DNA of 64,000 nucleotides from Candidatus Entotheonellaceae bacterium (GCA_965238075.1 OZ250173.1:2720001-2784000), one strand, 5' to 3'; positions 18,980 to 28,692 are shown, counted from the stretch's first letter. Notes: generated by a model from the sequence alone, not told the origin. Numbers and translations: made by a program.

Positions 18980-19558
18980 ATGCCTTCTGCTGGCAAACAA
19001 CGGCATGCACCCTTTATGGGGCGCGGCTTCTGGACTATCTTGCACCTTTGCGTGGCGGCTTTTCTCGCCCCGGTCGTGTTGCTGATGGCCATTTCCGGCG
19101 GCCTTTACCTGCTAGGGGTCAAGGGAAAAGCCAAGGCGATACCGGTGGAATTGGCGCCGGACGCTTCGCTCGATCTTGCCGCGCCCGACTTGAAGGCAGC
19201 CGTTCGACAATTGCTCGCAGACGCGGGCATCGAGCATCGCTTCGAATACCTCAAACAAGAGGACAGCACGCTGACCACCCGTCCGACCTCGCGCGTGCAT
19301 TACGTCGTACACGTCGGCCAGGACGGCGTGCGGGTGACCCGCAACGAGCCGAACGTGCAGAAACGTCTGATCGAGCTGCACAAGGGCCACGGACCGACGG
19401 CTTTCAAGACCCTGCAGAAAGTCATGGCACTGGGGCTTCTCGTCATCGTCATCACGGGTTTCTGGCTTGGTTTGTCCGATATGTGGCTTCGCGTACGTAC
19501 GGTCGCGATCAGTGCCGCAGGCCTCCTGCTTTTCATCGTTCTCGCGTTTGTCTTATGA
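18980..19558 (+). CDS. PepSY-associated TM-helix membrane protein
   Basis: LH...F.P..L.MAISGGLY and LIELHKGHG motifs; GGAGG SD. Confidence 0.75.
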   Translation: MPSAGKQRHAPFMGRGFWTILHLCVAAFLAPVVLLMAISGGLYLLGVKGKAKAIPVELAPDASLDLAAPDLKAAVRQLLADAGIEHRFEYLKQEDSTLTTRPTSRVHYVVHVGQDGVRVTRNEPNVQKRLIELHKGHGPTAFKTLQKVMALGLLVIVITGFWLGLSDMWLRVRTVAISAAGLLLFIVLAFVL

Positions 19559-19651
19559 GTAGAGGCGCTTCAGCATTCCTCTATACGTTGGCTCCAAATG
19601 CTGGTATCCGATGCCGTCCGCGAGAGCTGCCACGTCGAATCGGAGGCGCCC

Positions 19652-20336
19652 ATGCGCATCTTGGTCATCGAAGACGACGAGCGAGCCGTCACCTATCTTC
19701 ACAAGGGGCTGTCCGAAGCGGGCTATGTGGTCGAAAGCACCCTGCATGGTGAAGACGGGCTGGAGCTGGCCACCACCCGGCCTTACGACCTGATCATCCT
19801 GGACGTCATGCTGCCCCGGCGAAACGGCTGGTCCGTGATGACCGAGTTGAGACGGCAGGTGGACACGCCGGTCATCTTTCTCTCGGCGCGCGACGCGGTT
19901 CCCCCGCATCAAGGGCCTTGAGCTCGGCGCCGATGATTATCTCCTCAAGCCCTTTGCGTTCTCGGAACTCCTGGCCCGCATTCGTAGCGTGCTGCGGCGC
20001 GGCCCCACCCAGCAGACGGCGTCTCTGTGCGTGGCGGATCTGGAATTGGATCTGGTCCGCCACCACGCCCGGCGCGGCGGCAGGCAACTCGTTCTCACCG
20101 CCAAAGAATTCAGCCTGCTCGCCCTCATGGCGCGGCATCAGGGAGTCGTCCTGACGCGGACCCAGATTGCGGAGCTCGTATGGGATATCCATTTTCACAG
20201 CGACTCCAACGTGGTCGACGTGGCCATCGGTCGTCTGCGGCGCAAGGTCGATGATGGTTTCGCCACGGAACTGATTCATACGGTTCGCGGCGTTGGCTAC
20301 GTTCTTGAAGAGCGCGCACATGGCTCCATCTCGTGA
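19652..20336 (+). pseudogene. Heavy-metal (CusR-like) response regulator, frameshifted at ~19901-19905
   Basis: MRILVIED..DLIILDVMLP..SARD in one frame; RIKGLELGADDYLLKPF..SNVVDVAIGRLRRKVD..IHTVRGVGY in another. Confidence 0.85.
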
Positions 20337-21771
20337 GGCGCTCAAGGCGGCCGGCACGTCTTCCTGGTCGATTACGACCCGGATCACGGTGTGCGCCGTT
20401 GCCGCGGTATGCGTCATGCTCATCGCCGTCATCGCCATCTCGCATTGGCGGTTCGCTCACGGACTGAGGCGAGACCGGCTCCTGTTTCTCGCTGATGAGT
20501 TGCATGAGTTGCGGGCTGCGGTGAAAGAGCTGGGAGCCGATGCGCAAGAGGAAATTCATGCGGAAAGCATCGCGCACAGTTTTTTGCCCTACTACGTGCG
20601 GTTATTGGACGAAGACGCACACCTCCTCGCCACCTCCCCGAATACGCCGGACGTGCTGCACGACATCCCCTTGCCGGAACCCAGCGCGGCGACCGAAGTC
20701 TTTGGTTCGACAGATCTGCGCCGGATACCTGACGGCCGCTCCTTTTTGACCCTTGCCGCTTGGGCCGAAACGCCCACTGCCGGCCGGCATCGGGTGCTGC
20801 AGATCGCCTTGGACGTCACCTATGACGACGCGGTGCTGCGCTATTACCGTCAGGTTCTGGTGATTGTATCGTTGGTGGGGCTGTGCCTGTTTGCCGGCGC
20901 GGCGGCGTGGATCGTGCGCTACAGCCTGCGGCCGCTACATACGATCACCCGGATGGCCCAGCGCATGACCGCGCAACACCTGGACGAACGCCTTGCGCCA
21001 TCGCGGTGGCCGAAGGAACTTGCGGTGATGGCGCTGGCGTTTGACGGCATGCTGGATCGCCTGAAAGAGGCCGTTGCGCGCCTGCAGCAGTTTTCCGCCG
21101 ACCTGGCTCACGAACTCCGCACGCCGATTCAGAATCTCATGCTGGAAACCGAGGTGACGCTTGCCCGGGTCCGAACGGTGCCCGAATACCAGGAGGGACT
21201 GGCTCACAATTTGGAGGAATTGCGGCGCCTCGCCGTCATGGTGGACGATCTTCTCTTTCTGGCGCGGGCCGAGAGTCCGCAACAGGAACTGGACTGGCAG
21301 ACGCTCGATGCCCTCGACGCGCTTCAGAGCGCCTGGGATTTTTTCGATGCCGCGGCCGAGGAGCAGGGACTTGCGGTTGCCTATCAGGGAAGTGGAGTCG
21401 TCCAGGCCGAGCCGCAACTGCTGCATCGGGCGCTGACGAACCTGCTGTCCAATGCCCTGCGCTACACGCCCGCCGGCGGCACCATCACGCTGGCGGCGGA
21501 AACCGATGCTTCGGGCGCCTGCGCGCTTCGCGTCAGCGATACCGGCCGCGGCATCGCCCCGGAGTACCTACCCAAACTGTTTGATCGCTTCTTCCAGGTC
21601 GAACCCGATCATTCCCGCAGTCTTGAAGGAATGGGCCTCGGCCTGTCGATTGTCAGGTCGATCATGGACCTGCACGGCGGCAGGGTGGAGGTTCACAGCA
21701 CGGCGGCTCAAGGCAGCACGTTCACGCTGTATTTTCCCGCCCAACCCGCGGTAAAGGAGGCATCAGCGTGA
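20320..21771 (+). CDS. Heavy-metal sensor histidine kinase (CusS-like)
   Basis: Two TMs, HAMP, FSADLAHELRTP, NLLSNALRYT, GMGLGL. Confidence 0.92.
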   Translation: MAPSREALKAAGTSSWSITTRITVCAVAAVCVMLIAVIAISHWRFAHGLRRDRLLFLADELHELRAAVKELGADAQEEIHAESIAHSFLPYYVRLLDEDAHLLATSPNTPDVLHDIPLPEPSAATEVFGSTDLRRIPDGRSFLTLAAWAETPTAGRHRVLQIALDVTYDDAVLRYYRQVLVIVSLVGLCLFAGAAAWIVRYSLRPLHTITRMAQRMTAQHLDERLAPSRWPKELAVMALAFDGMLDRLKEAVARLQQFSADLAHELRTPIQNLMLETEVTLARVRTVPEYQEGLAHNLEELRRLAVMVDDLLFLARAESPQQELDWQTLDALDALQSAWDFFDAAAEEQGLAVAYQGSGVVQAEPQLLHRALTNLLSNALRYTPAGGTITLAAETDASGACALRVSDTGRGIAPEYLPKLFDRFFQVEPDHSRSLEGMGLGLSIVRSIMDLHGGRVEVHSTAAQGSTFTLYFPAQPAVKEASA

Positions 21772-21808
21772 TACCCCCAAACCCTGGGTTTTTTTCGAGG
21801 TTCAGGGC

Positions 21809-23134
21809 ATGAGCGCCGGCAAAGCCGTCAGGGGGGTGCGCGAGCGCCTTGCAGAGCCTGTCGACGTCGCTTCGTTGGTGATGGCCCGGATATTATTTGG
21901 GCTGCTCATGCTGTGGATGGTCGTGCGGTATTTCGGCAAGGGCTGGATCGAACCGGAGTTCCATTTTGGCTACTTCGGGTTTGACTGGGTGGCGCCGTGG
22001 GCTGGCGACGGCATGTATTGGCATTTCCTGGGACTGGGCCTGCTGGCCTTGCTGATCACCTTCGGGTTGTTTTACCGCGTTGCCGCCGCCCTGTTTTTCG
22101 TCGGCTTCAGCTACGTCTTCCTGCTCGAACAGGCGCGCTACCTGAATCACGCTTACCTGGTGAGCCTGTTGATGGCGGTGGTGCCGGCGCATCGGGCCGG
22201 GTCGCTGGACGCGAGGTACGGTTTCTGCCGGCGCTCGGATACCGTCCCGGCGTGGTGTCTGTGGCTCCTGCGCTTCCAGATCGGCGCCGTTTACTTTTTC
22301 GGCGGCGTTGCCAAGATCAATGCCGACTGGCTGGCCGGGGAACCCATGCGGGCCTGGCTGCAAAGACGCACGGATTATCCGTTGATCGGCTTCCTCTTTG
22401 GCGAGGAAGAGGTCGTGATGGCCATGACCTACGGCGGTCTGTTCTTCGACCTGCTCATCGTGCTGCTCCTGATGTGGCGACGCACGAGAGTTGCAGGGTT
22501 CGCCGGCGTGCTGTTTTTCAACTTCACCAACGCCGTCGTCTTTCACATCGGGATTTTTCCCTGGCTGGCGATTGCCCTGTCAACGGTGTTCTTTGCCCCT
22601 GGCTGGCCCAGGCGGTACATGGTCCTGAGGGAGGAGCAAGCCGCGGCGCCGGTCGGCGCTGCCCGCTGTTCCTGGGCGGTGCTCGCATTCCTTGTGGTCT
22701 ATGTCAGTTGGCAGTTGTTTTTGCCCCTGAGGCACTGGCTCTATCCGGGCAACGTGAGCTGGACGGAAGAGGGGCATCTCTATGCCTGGAACATGAAGCT
22801 GCGCAGCAAATCCGGGCGAGCGAAATTTTATGTCATGGACGAAACGGGGGACGAGCTCGAAGTGTCTCCCAGAGACTACTTGAAATCGTGGCAGAGGCGG
22901 AAAATGGCGACCCGGCCGGACATGATCCACCAGTTCACCCTTTATCTGGGTGAGCGGTTGCGGGCGGAAGGGAAACCGGTTGTCTCGATTCGTGTGGAGG
23001 CGAAGGTGTCGTTGAACGGCCGTCGGCGGCAGTATCTGGTGGATCCCGACGTCAACCTCTTGCAAGAGCCGCGCTCGATTTGGCCGGCGCCGTGGATCAA
23101 GCCGTTGGAAGTGCCGCTCCACGAACGTCGTTGA
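21809..23134 (+). CDS. HTTM domain / vitamin K-dependent gamma-carboxylase-like protein
   Basis: YLNHAYL, VYFFGGVAK.NADWL.G.P, FHIGIFP, PLRH.LYPG.V.WTEEGH..AW.MKLRSK. Confidence 0.88.
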   Translation: MSAGKAVRGVRERLAEPVDVASLVMARILFGLLMLWMVVRYFGKGWIEPEFHFGYFGFDWVAPWAGDGMYWHFLGLGLLALLITFGLFYRVAAALFFVGFSYVFLLEQARYLNHAYLVSLLMAVVPAHRAGSLDARYGFCRRSDTVPAWCLWLLRFQIGAVYFFGGVAKINADWLAGEPMRAWLQRRTDYPLIGFLFGEEEVVMAMTYGGLFFDLLIVLLLMWRRTRVAGFAGVLFFNFTNAVVFHIGIFPWLAIALSTVFFAPGWPRRYMVLREEQAAAPVGAARCSWAVLAFLVVYVSWQLFLPLRHWLYPGNVSWTEEGHLYAWNMKLRSKSGRAKFYVMDETGDELEVSPRDYLKSWQRRKMATRPDMIHQFTLYLGERLRAEGKPVVSIRVEAKVSLNGRRRQYLVDPDVNLLQEPRSIWPAPWIKPLEVPLHERR

Positions 23135-23208
23135 ATCAGGGGCAGCAGGGAGAGGTGTTCGGCACTCTCCCTGACGGCCGTTCGAGCGGTGGGATAACCG
23201 GGTCAACC

Positions 23209-23703
23209 CTATGCTATCTGCTGCTTGATGAGGTTCATCAGCCCGTCGGCGCGGATGATGTCCATGATTTCCGGCGGATAGGGCTTGGCCTGGAAGGAGT
23301 TGCCGGAGCGGATGTTCTTGACGATGCCCTGTTCGATATCGAGGGAAATGGGGTCTCCGTGCCGGAAATCGGCCACCGCTTCCGGCAGTTCGAGCACGGG
23401 CAGGCCGATGTTGATGGCGTTGCGGAAAAAGATGCGGGCAAAGGACGACGCGATGACCGCGACGATGCCGGACGCCTTGAGCGCCATCGGGGCATGTTCG
23501 CGCGAGGAGCCGGAGCCGAAATTTTCCTCGCCCACCACCACGTCTCCGTATCGCACGGTCGGCAGAAAATCGCCGTCCAGATCCTCCATGCAATGCTTGG
23601 CCAGGTCCTCCGGTTCGTTGAACATCATGTAGCGGGCCGGGAGAATCAGGTCGGTATTAACGTCCCGCCCGTACCGGTACACCTTCGGCTGTGGTTGTGC
23701 CAT
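23209..23703 (-). CDS. leuD: LeuD/HacB/DmdB-type dehydratase small subunit (type 2)
   Basis: DVNTDLILPARY, NFGSGSSREHA, SFARIFFRNAINIGLP. Confidence 0.85.
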   Translation of the reverse strand: MAQPQPKVYRYGRDVNTDLILPARYMMFNEPEDLAKHCMEDLDGDFLPTVRYGDVVVGEENFGSGSSREHAPMALKASGIVAVIASSFARIFFRNAINIGLPVLELPEAVADFRHGDPISLDIEQGIVKNIRSGNSFQAKPYPPEIMDIIRADGLMNLIKQQIA

Positions 23704-23722
23704 GTTGGGTACTCCTTTAACG

Positions 23723-25033
23723 CTATTCCGTGAACTGGTTCAGCGCCGCCGTGGTGCCGGACGGAACCACCTCGCTGGGGTCCGTAATGAAGCCGGTAAT
23801 CGCCGAGGCGGCCGCCACCGCCGGTGACGCCAGGTAGGTCTCGCCGCGCACGTCGCCGGTGCGGCCTTTGAAGTTGCGGTTGGACGTCGACAGCATCCGT
23901 TCGCCCGCCCCGATGACCCCCATGTAGCCGCCCAGGCAGGGGCCGCAGGTGCCCTCGGCGACGGCAAAGCCGGCTTTGGCGAAGATGCTGATCAGCCCTT
24001 CGTCCAGGGCCTGCATGTAGATGTTGTGGCTGGCCGGGATGACGACGCCGCGCGTCCATTTGGCGAGCTGGTGGCCGTCGAGGATTTTGGCCGCGATGCG
24101 CAGGTCTTCGAGCTTGGCGTTGGTGCAGGAGCCGATGAATACTTGGTCGATGGCCACTTTCTCCTGCATTGCCTGGCTCACCGGCTTGCAGTTGCTGGGT
24201 AGGTGCGGGAAGGCGACCTGGGGTTCCAGATTCGAAATGTCGAACTCGTGCACCGCGGCATAGGTGGCGTCGGCGTCCGCTTCCACGCCCTGGAAGTCGC
24301 GTTTCGCCCGCCCGGCCTCGTACGCCAGCGTTTTGTCGTCGCACGGGAAGATGGAGTTCTTGGCGCCGCCCTCGATGGCCATGTTGGCGATGGTCAGGCG
24401 CCCTTCGACCGATAGATGCTGGGTTCCCTCGCCATGAAATTCCTGTGCTTGGTACAAGGCGCCGTCGTCGCCCAATTGGCTGATGAGGAAGAGCACCACG
24501 TCCTTGGCGGAGACCCACGGGCTCTTCGGCACGCCGTTGAAGACGATCTTGATGGTCTCGGGCACGCGCAGCCACAGCTCGCCCGTGGTCCAGGCGGCTG
24601 CCAGATCGGTGGAGCCGATGCCGGTGGCGAACGTGTTGACGCCGCCGTAGGTGCAACTGTGGGAGTCGGCGCCAAGCACCAGATCGCCGGGGACGACGTA
24701 GCCCTCGTCCGGCAGCAGGGCGTGCTCGATGCCGCCCTGGCCCGCCTCGAAGTAATGCTTGATGTTGTACTTGCGCGCGAAATCCCGGCACGTTTTGGCC
24801 ATGGCAGCGGAGGCGATGTCCTTGGCCGGTACGAAGTGGCTCATGACGATGAAGACTTTGTCCGGGTCGGCGAACTGGGTGATGTCGTTGGCGTCGAGGA
24901 TGCGGACCGTCAGGGAAGTCGTGATATCATTGCCCATGATCACGTCGGCCCTGCCGACGACCATGTCGCCGGGGGCGACGCGGGCCTTGCCGGAAGACCG
25001 CGCGAGGATGTGTTCACTGCGAGTCATGCCCAT
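23723..25033 (-). CDS. leuC: LeuC/HacA/DmdA-type dehydratase large subunit (type 2)
   Basis: GADSHSCTYG, FIGSCTN, CGPCLG, STSNRNFKGR. Confidence 0.85.
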   Translation of the reverse strand: MGMTRSEHILARSSGKARVAPGDMVVGRADVIMGNDITTSLTVRILDANDITQFADPDKVFIVMSHFVPAKDIASAAMAKTCRDFARKYNIKHYFEAGQGGIEHALLPDEGYVVPGDLVLGADSHSCTYGGVNTFATGIGSTDLAAAWTTGELWLRVPETIKIVFNGVPKSPWVSAKDVVLFLISQLGDDGALYQAQEFHGEGTQHLSVEGRLTIANMAIEGGAKNSIFPCDDKTLAYEAGRAKRDFQGVEADADATYAAVHEFDISNLEPQVAFPHLPSNCKPVSQAMQEKVAIDQVFIGSCTNAKLEDLRIAAKILDGHQLAKWTRGVVIPASHNIYMQALDEGLISIFAKAGFAVAEGTCGPCLGGYMGVIGAGERMLSTSNRNFKGRTGDVRGETYLASPAVAAASAITGFITDPSEVVPSGTTAALNQFTE

Positions 25034-25195
25034 GGTGTTGTCCCCCGCTTACCCCACGCAGGGGCAAGCCTTAGTTGGGTTGCGAGATGTTGTGTTGCGT
25101 GCCCGAATGGCGGCGCATGCGGTTGCCGTCGGAGGGAAGAATAATTGCACGCGACTTTCGGCGAATTGTCAAGCGGAGCAGCGAGGAGCGTACGG

Positions 25196-26371
25196 TTGAG
25201 CGCCGTAGAATCAGCAGCGACGGTCTGCCTGGGTGAAGGCACGGCGGTCGTCCATAGTCACCTGCAGCACGTCGTGGCGGGGCGCGATTGCCAGCTGATT
25301 AACTCCGTCATCACCGGCTGCGAGGATAACCCCGTCGTGCTCGGCGACCGTGTGACGCTGATCAACTGTCACGTGCAGGCTTCCGGGCAGCGCGGTGCTT
25401 TCGAGTTTGGCGGGTGGGGTGTGGATCAGCGCTCGACCCGTCTGGAAGACGATATCTGGTTCAGCCACTCGCACCTGCTTAACACGCTGGTTGAAACCGG
25501 CAGCCGCGGCGTCCATGCGGCGTTGGACCACTGCCACGTCGGACCCCGTAACGACCTTCGCACCTTTACCAACATGACCCGCAGCCGCACGGCGGCGGAT
25601 TGCCAGTTGGGTTCGGAAGTCAGCAAAACCCTCATCCTCGGCCGCGGATTCGTGAGCGAGCACGCCAATACCTACCTCAGCCTGCTGGCACCCGCCGATT
25701 ACCCCATCTTCACTGAAGACGGACGCGAGGAGGTGCTTGCGGGCCTGCCGAACGCCACGAACATCGGCGCCGGCACCGTTTTCTCCAACTACGACGGTGA
25801 GCCGCTGCCCGCCCACTCAGTCGAGCAAAGCCCCGGCAGTGCCAAGGGCACCGCGGTCGTCTACACGTCCTTCGTCTGCATCAACTGCCGGGTCATCAAC
25901 CGTTACGGCCAGCCGCAGGGTCAACCCGATCCCTTTGATCTGCTGCGCCGCCGCGACCTGACGATTCTTGGCTTCGGCAGCTTTGTGGAGAACAAAGTCA
26001 CCGGCCGCATCCCCGCCTTTGCCTACGCCGGCGACCTGTCGCCCCGCTCCCACCAGCTCGGCTGGGTCCTGGCCAAAAAACCAGGCATTATCCTCAACTT
26101 CATCACCAAATTGCGCCGCCTGCTTGACGATCAGTCCTGGCGCTTGCGCGACCTCGTCGAAGGCACCTTACGCCTCGAATGCCAACTCCTCCAAGACGAA
26201 CTCGCCGGAACCCGTCCCGGCTTCTACACGCGCGAGCAACTGCAAAGCGGCTTGGCCACCCTGCAATCCCACCTCAAGGACCGCCGCTGGTCGATGACCG
26301 ATGCCGGCGACTGGCGATACCGCTGGTATTTCGACGCCCATCATCAACAGTGGGTCTGCGACGCTGGGTAA
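25196..26371 (+). CDS. Hypothetical protein with a GlmU-like left-handed beta-helix region
   Basis: TNIGAGTVFSNYDG resembles GlmU NIGAGTITCNYDG; TTG 25196 follows GAGGAG. Confidence 0.65.
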   Translation: MSAVESAATVCLGEGTAVVHSHLQHVVAGRDCQLINSVITGCEDNPVVLGDRVTLINCHVQASGQRGAFEFGGWGVDQRSTRLEDDIWFSHSHLLNTLVETGSRGVHAALDHCHVGPRNDLRTFTNMTRSRTAADCQLGSEVSKTLILGRGFVSEHANTYLSLLAPADYPIFTEDGREEVLAGLPNATNIGAGTVFSNYDGEPLPAHSVEQSPGSAKGTAVVYTSFVCINCRVINRYGQPQGQPDPFDLLRRRDLTILGFGSFVENKVTGRIPAFAYAGDLSPRSHQLGWVLAKKPGIILNFITKLRRLLDDQSWRLRDLVEGTLRLECQLLQDELAGTRPGFYTREQLQSGLATLQSHLKDRRWSMTDAGDWRYRWYFDAHHQQWVCDAG

Positions 26372-26407
26372 GGGCGGCGACAGACTGTACCGCATCACCG
26401 GTATCCC

Positions 26408-26600
26408 TTATGCGTGGTATTCGTGAGACCGAGTCAGCACCTTGCCACAGGCACACATGACCAGCTTGACGACCGGCACGTTCACGGCGTGCTTCCGTCC
26501 GCGGAAGTCTCAGCATCGAGCTGTTCGGAGAGTTGATTCAGCTTTTCCGGGTCGATGCTGGGAACGAGGCCACTGGGATTTGGAACAACCCGGAATTCAG
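26408..26600 (-). pseudogene. Fossil vapBC-type module (antitoxin C-terminus fused to the upstream gene, plus degenerate PIN-toxin 5' end)
   Basis: FRVVPNPSGLVPSIDPEKLNQLSEQLDAE followed by a GTGA-overlapping VNVPVVKLVMCA ORF. Confidence 0.6.
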
Positions 26601-28692
26601 ACGCCTCAGCCCGGGCTACCTGCACTAACGTGTCGTGCCAGTCGCCGCCGCCGCCGAGGTCGCTGAGGCCGTCGGCGGTGAGGGTGTTGGCGAGGGCGCC
26701 GGAAGGGGCGTGGGCCGTCCACCAGCCGAAGGGGACGGCGACGACGCCGGGGCGCACGCGGTCGGCGAGGCGGGCGCGCAGGTGGATGGCGCCGCGGTCG
26801 TTGAAGACGCGAACGGGGTCGCCGTCGGCGATGCCTCGGGACTCGGCGTCAGCGGCGTGGATGTCGAGCCTGGGCTCGGGTTCGGCGCGCAGATGGCGGG
26901 GCAGGTTGGCGTAGCTCGAATTGAGGAAGTGAAGGGGCGTCTTGGGTGTCATCAGCAACAGCGGAAAGCGGGCGGCCAGCGCGGTGTCGCCAGCAGGGCT
27001 TTCGTTCGCAGGCTCGAACGTCGGCAGGGGGTCCAGCCCGAGGGCCTGTAGGTGCTCGGCGTAGAACTCGCACTTGCCGGAGGGCGTGGGGAAACCGCCG
27101 TTGGCAAAGGGCCGCCAGTCGTCGGGCAGGTTGAGCGGCGCCCAGCCGTACTCCCACAGGCGCTCGAAGGTGACGCCGTCCAGATAGGGATGGTCGCTGT
27201 CCAGGGCGGTACGCACGAGGTTCTCGTCGGATTCATACAAGTCCGGCTCGTGGAGGCCGAGGGCGGCGGCCAGGCGGCGAAAGAATTCGGTATTCGGCAC
27301 CGTCTCGCCGAGTGGCGCAATGGCAGGGCGATTCAGGGTGACGTAGGTGTGGCCCCACGACCACAGCAGGTCGAGGTGCTCGACTTGCGTGGTGGCGGGG
27401 AAGACGTAATCGGCGTAGCGCGCGGTGTCGGTCAGGAACTGCTCGTGGACGACCGTGAACAGGTCATCTCGGGCCAGACCAGCGCGCACCCGGTTCAGAT
27501 TGGGCGCAATGACTGCCGGGTTGCTGTTGTAGACGATGAGAGCATGAATGGGCGGCGCCATTGTTTCGCTGGTCAGCGCCTCGCCCAACTGCACCATGTT
27601 GACGGAGCGGATGCTGCGGTCTTCAAGCTCGCGCTTTTCGGCGCCGGCGACGTTCAACGCCTGGTAGTGCGGCTTGGCGGTGAAATCGACAATGCCGCCG
27701 CCGCGATGGCGCCAGGCGCCGACCAGGGCAGGCAGGCAGGCGATGGTGCGAAAGGCCATGGCGCCGTGGGCGTGATGCTCCATGCCGACCAGCACCCGTA
27801 TGGCGGACGGCTGGGTTTCGGCGTATGCGCGCGCCAGCCGCACGACATCGTCAGCCGGCAGGCCGGTGATGGCGGCGACGCGCTCCGGCGGGTAGTCGTC
27901 AAGCCGGGCGCATAAGCGGTCGAAACCCAGGGTGTGCCGCGCAACGTAATCCTTGTCATGCAGGTCTTCGTTCACGATGACGTGCATCATGCCCAGGGCC
28001 AGGGCAGCGTCCGTGCCCGGCAGCGGGCGCAGGTGCCAATCGGCTTGCGCCGCGGTCCGCGTCCTGAGCGGGTCGATCACCACGACGGTTGCGCCGGCGG
28101 CCCTGGCCCGGCGGATGAACGGCCACAGGTGCAGATTGGTTACCACCGTGTTGGTGCCCCACAGGATGATGAAGCGGCTGTGCGCGATGTCTTCGGGCAG
28201 CATGCCGGTAGTGGCGCCGAGGGTGGCCACGATGCCGCGGCCCGCAGTGCTGGCGCAGATGTTGCGCTCCAGACGGGTGGCGCCGAGACGCGCGAAAAAG
28301 CGCCGATCCAGCGAACTGGTCTGGACGATGCCCTGCGTGCCCATGTAGCTGTAAGGCATGACAGTGGCGGCGCCGTGCTGGTCGATGAGGCGGCGCAGGC
28401 GCGCGGCAACGTCGGCGATGGCCTCGTCCCAGCCGACGCGCTCGAACGTGCCGTCACCCTTGGCGCCGACGCGCCGCAGGGGGTGAAGTACGCGGTCCGG
28501 GCTGTAGACGCGGTCCAGGTAATGATCGACCTTGGCGCACAGGACGCCGCGGGTGAAGGGTTGCAGCTTGTCGCCGATCAGCTCAACGGCCGCGCCGTCT
28601 TCTACCTTGACCTGCCAGCTACAGCGGTCGGGGCAGTCGTGCGGGCAGGCGCCGGGTATCCAGGTTGGCGCGGTGTCTGAGAGGGTCGGCAT
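26482..28692 (-). CDS. Molybdopterin oxidoreductase (DMSO reductase superfamily)
   Basis: CPHDCPDRC..C Fe-S motif, RVLHPLRR, WGTN, TDTARYAD.VFP, LNSSY, molydop-binding C-domain; no Tat signal. Confidence 0.92.
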   Translation of the reverse strand: MPTLSDTAPTWIPGACPHDCPDRCSWQVKVEDGAAVELIGDKLQPFTRGVLCAKVDHYLDRVYSPDRVLHPLRRVGAKGDGTFERVGWDEAIADVAARLRRLIDQHGAATVMPYSYMGTQGIVQTSSLDRRFFARLGATRLERNICASTAGRGIVATLGATTGMLPEDIAHSRFIILWGTNTVVTNLHLWPFIRRARAAGATVVVIDPLRTRTAAQADWHLRPLPGTDAALALGMMHVIVNEDLHDKDYVARHTLGFDRLCARLDDYPPERVAAITGLPADDVVRLARAYAETQPSAIRVLVGMEHHAHGAMAFRTIACLPALVGAWRHRGGGIVDFTAKPHYQALNVAGAEKRELEDRSIRSVNMVQLGEALTSETMAPPIHALIVYNSNPAVIAPNLNRVRAGLARDDLFTVVHEQFLTDTARYADYVFPATTQVEHLDLLWSWGHTYVTLNRPAIAPLGETVPNTEFFRRLAAALGLHEPDLYESDENLVRTALDSDHPYLDGVTFERLWEYGWAPLNLPDDWRPFANGGFPTPSGKCEFYAEHLQALGLDPLPTFEPANESPAGDTALAARFPLLLMTPKTPLHFLNSSYANLPRHLRAEPEPRLDIHAADAESRGIADGDPVRVFNDRGAIHLRARLADRVRPGVVAVPFGWWTAHAPSGALANTLTADGLSDLGGGGDWHDTLVQVARAEASEFRVVPNPSGLVPSIDPEKLNQLSEQLDAETSADGSTP

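Noticed and set aside
19901-19905. Phase variation or programmed frameshift in the response regulator
   Set aside because: C5 is too short for a typical contingency tract and there is no slippery heptamer; a simple lesion or sequencing error is more likely.
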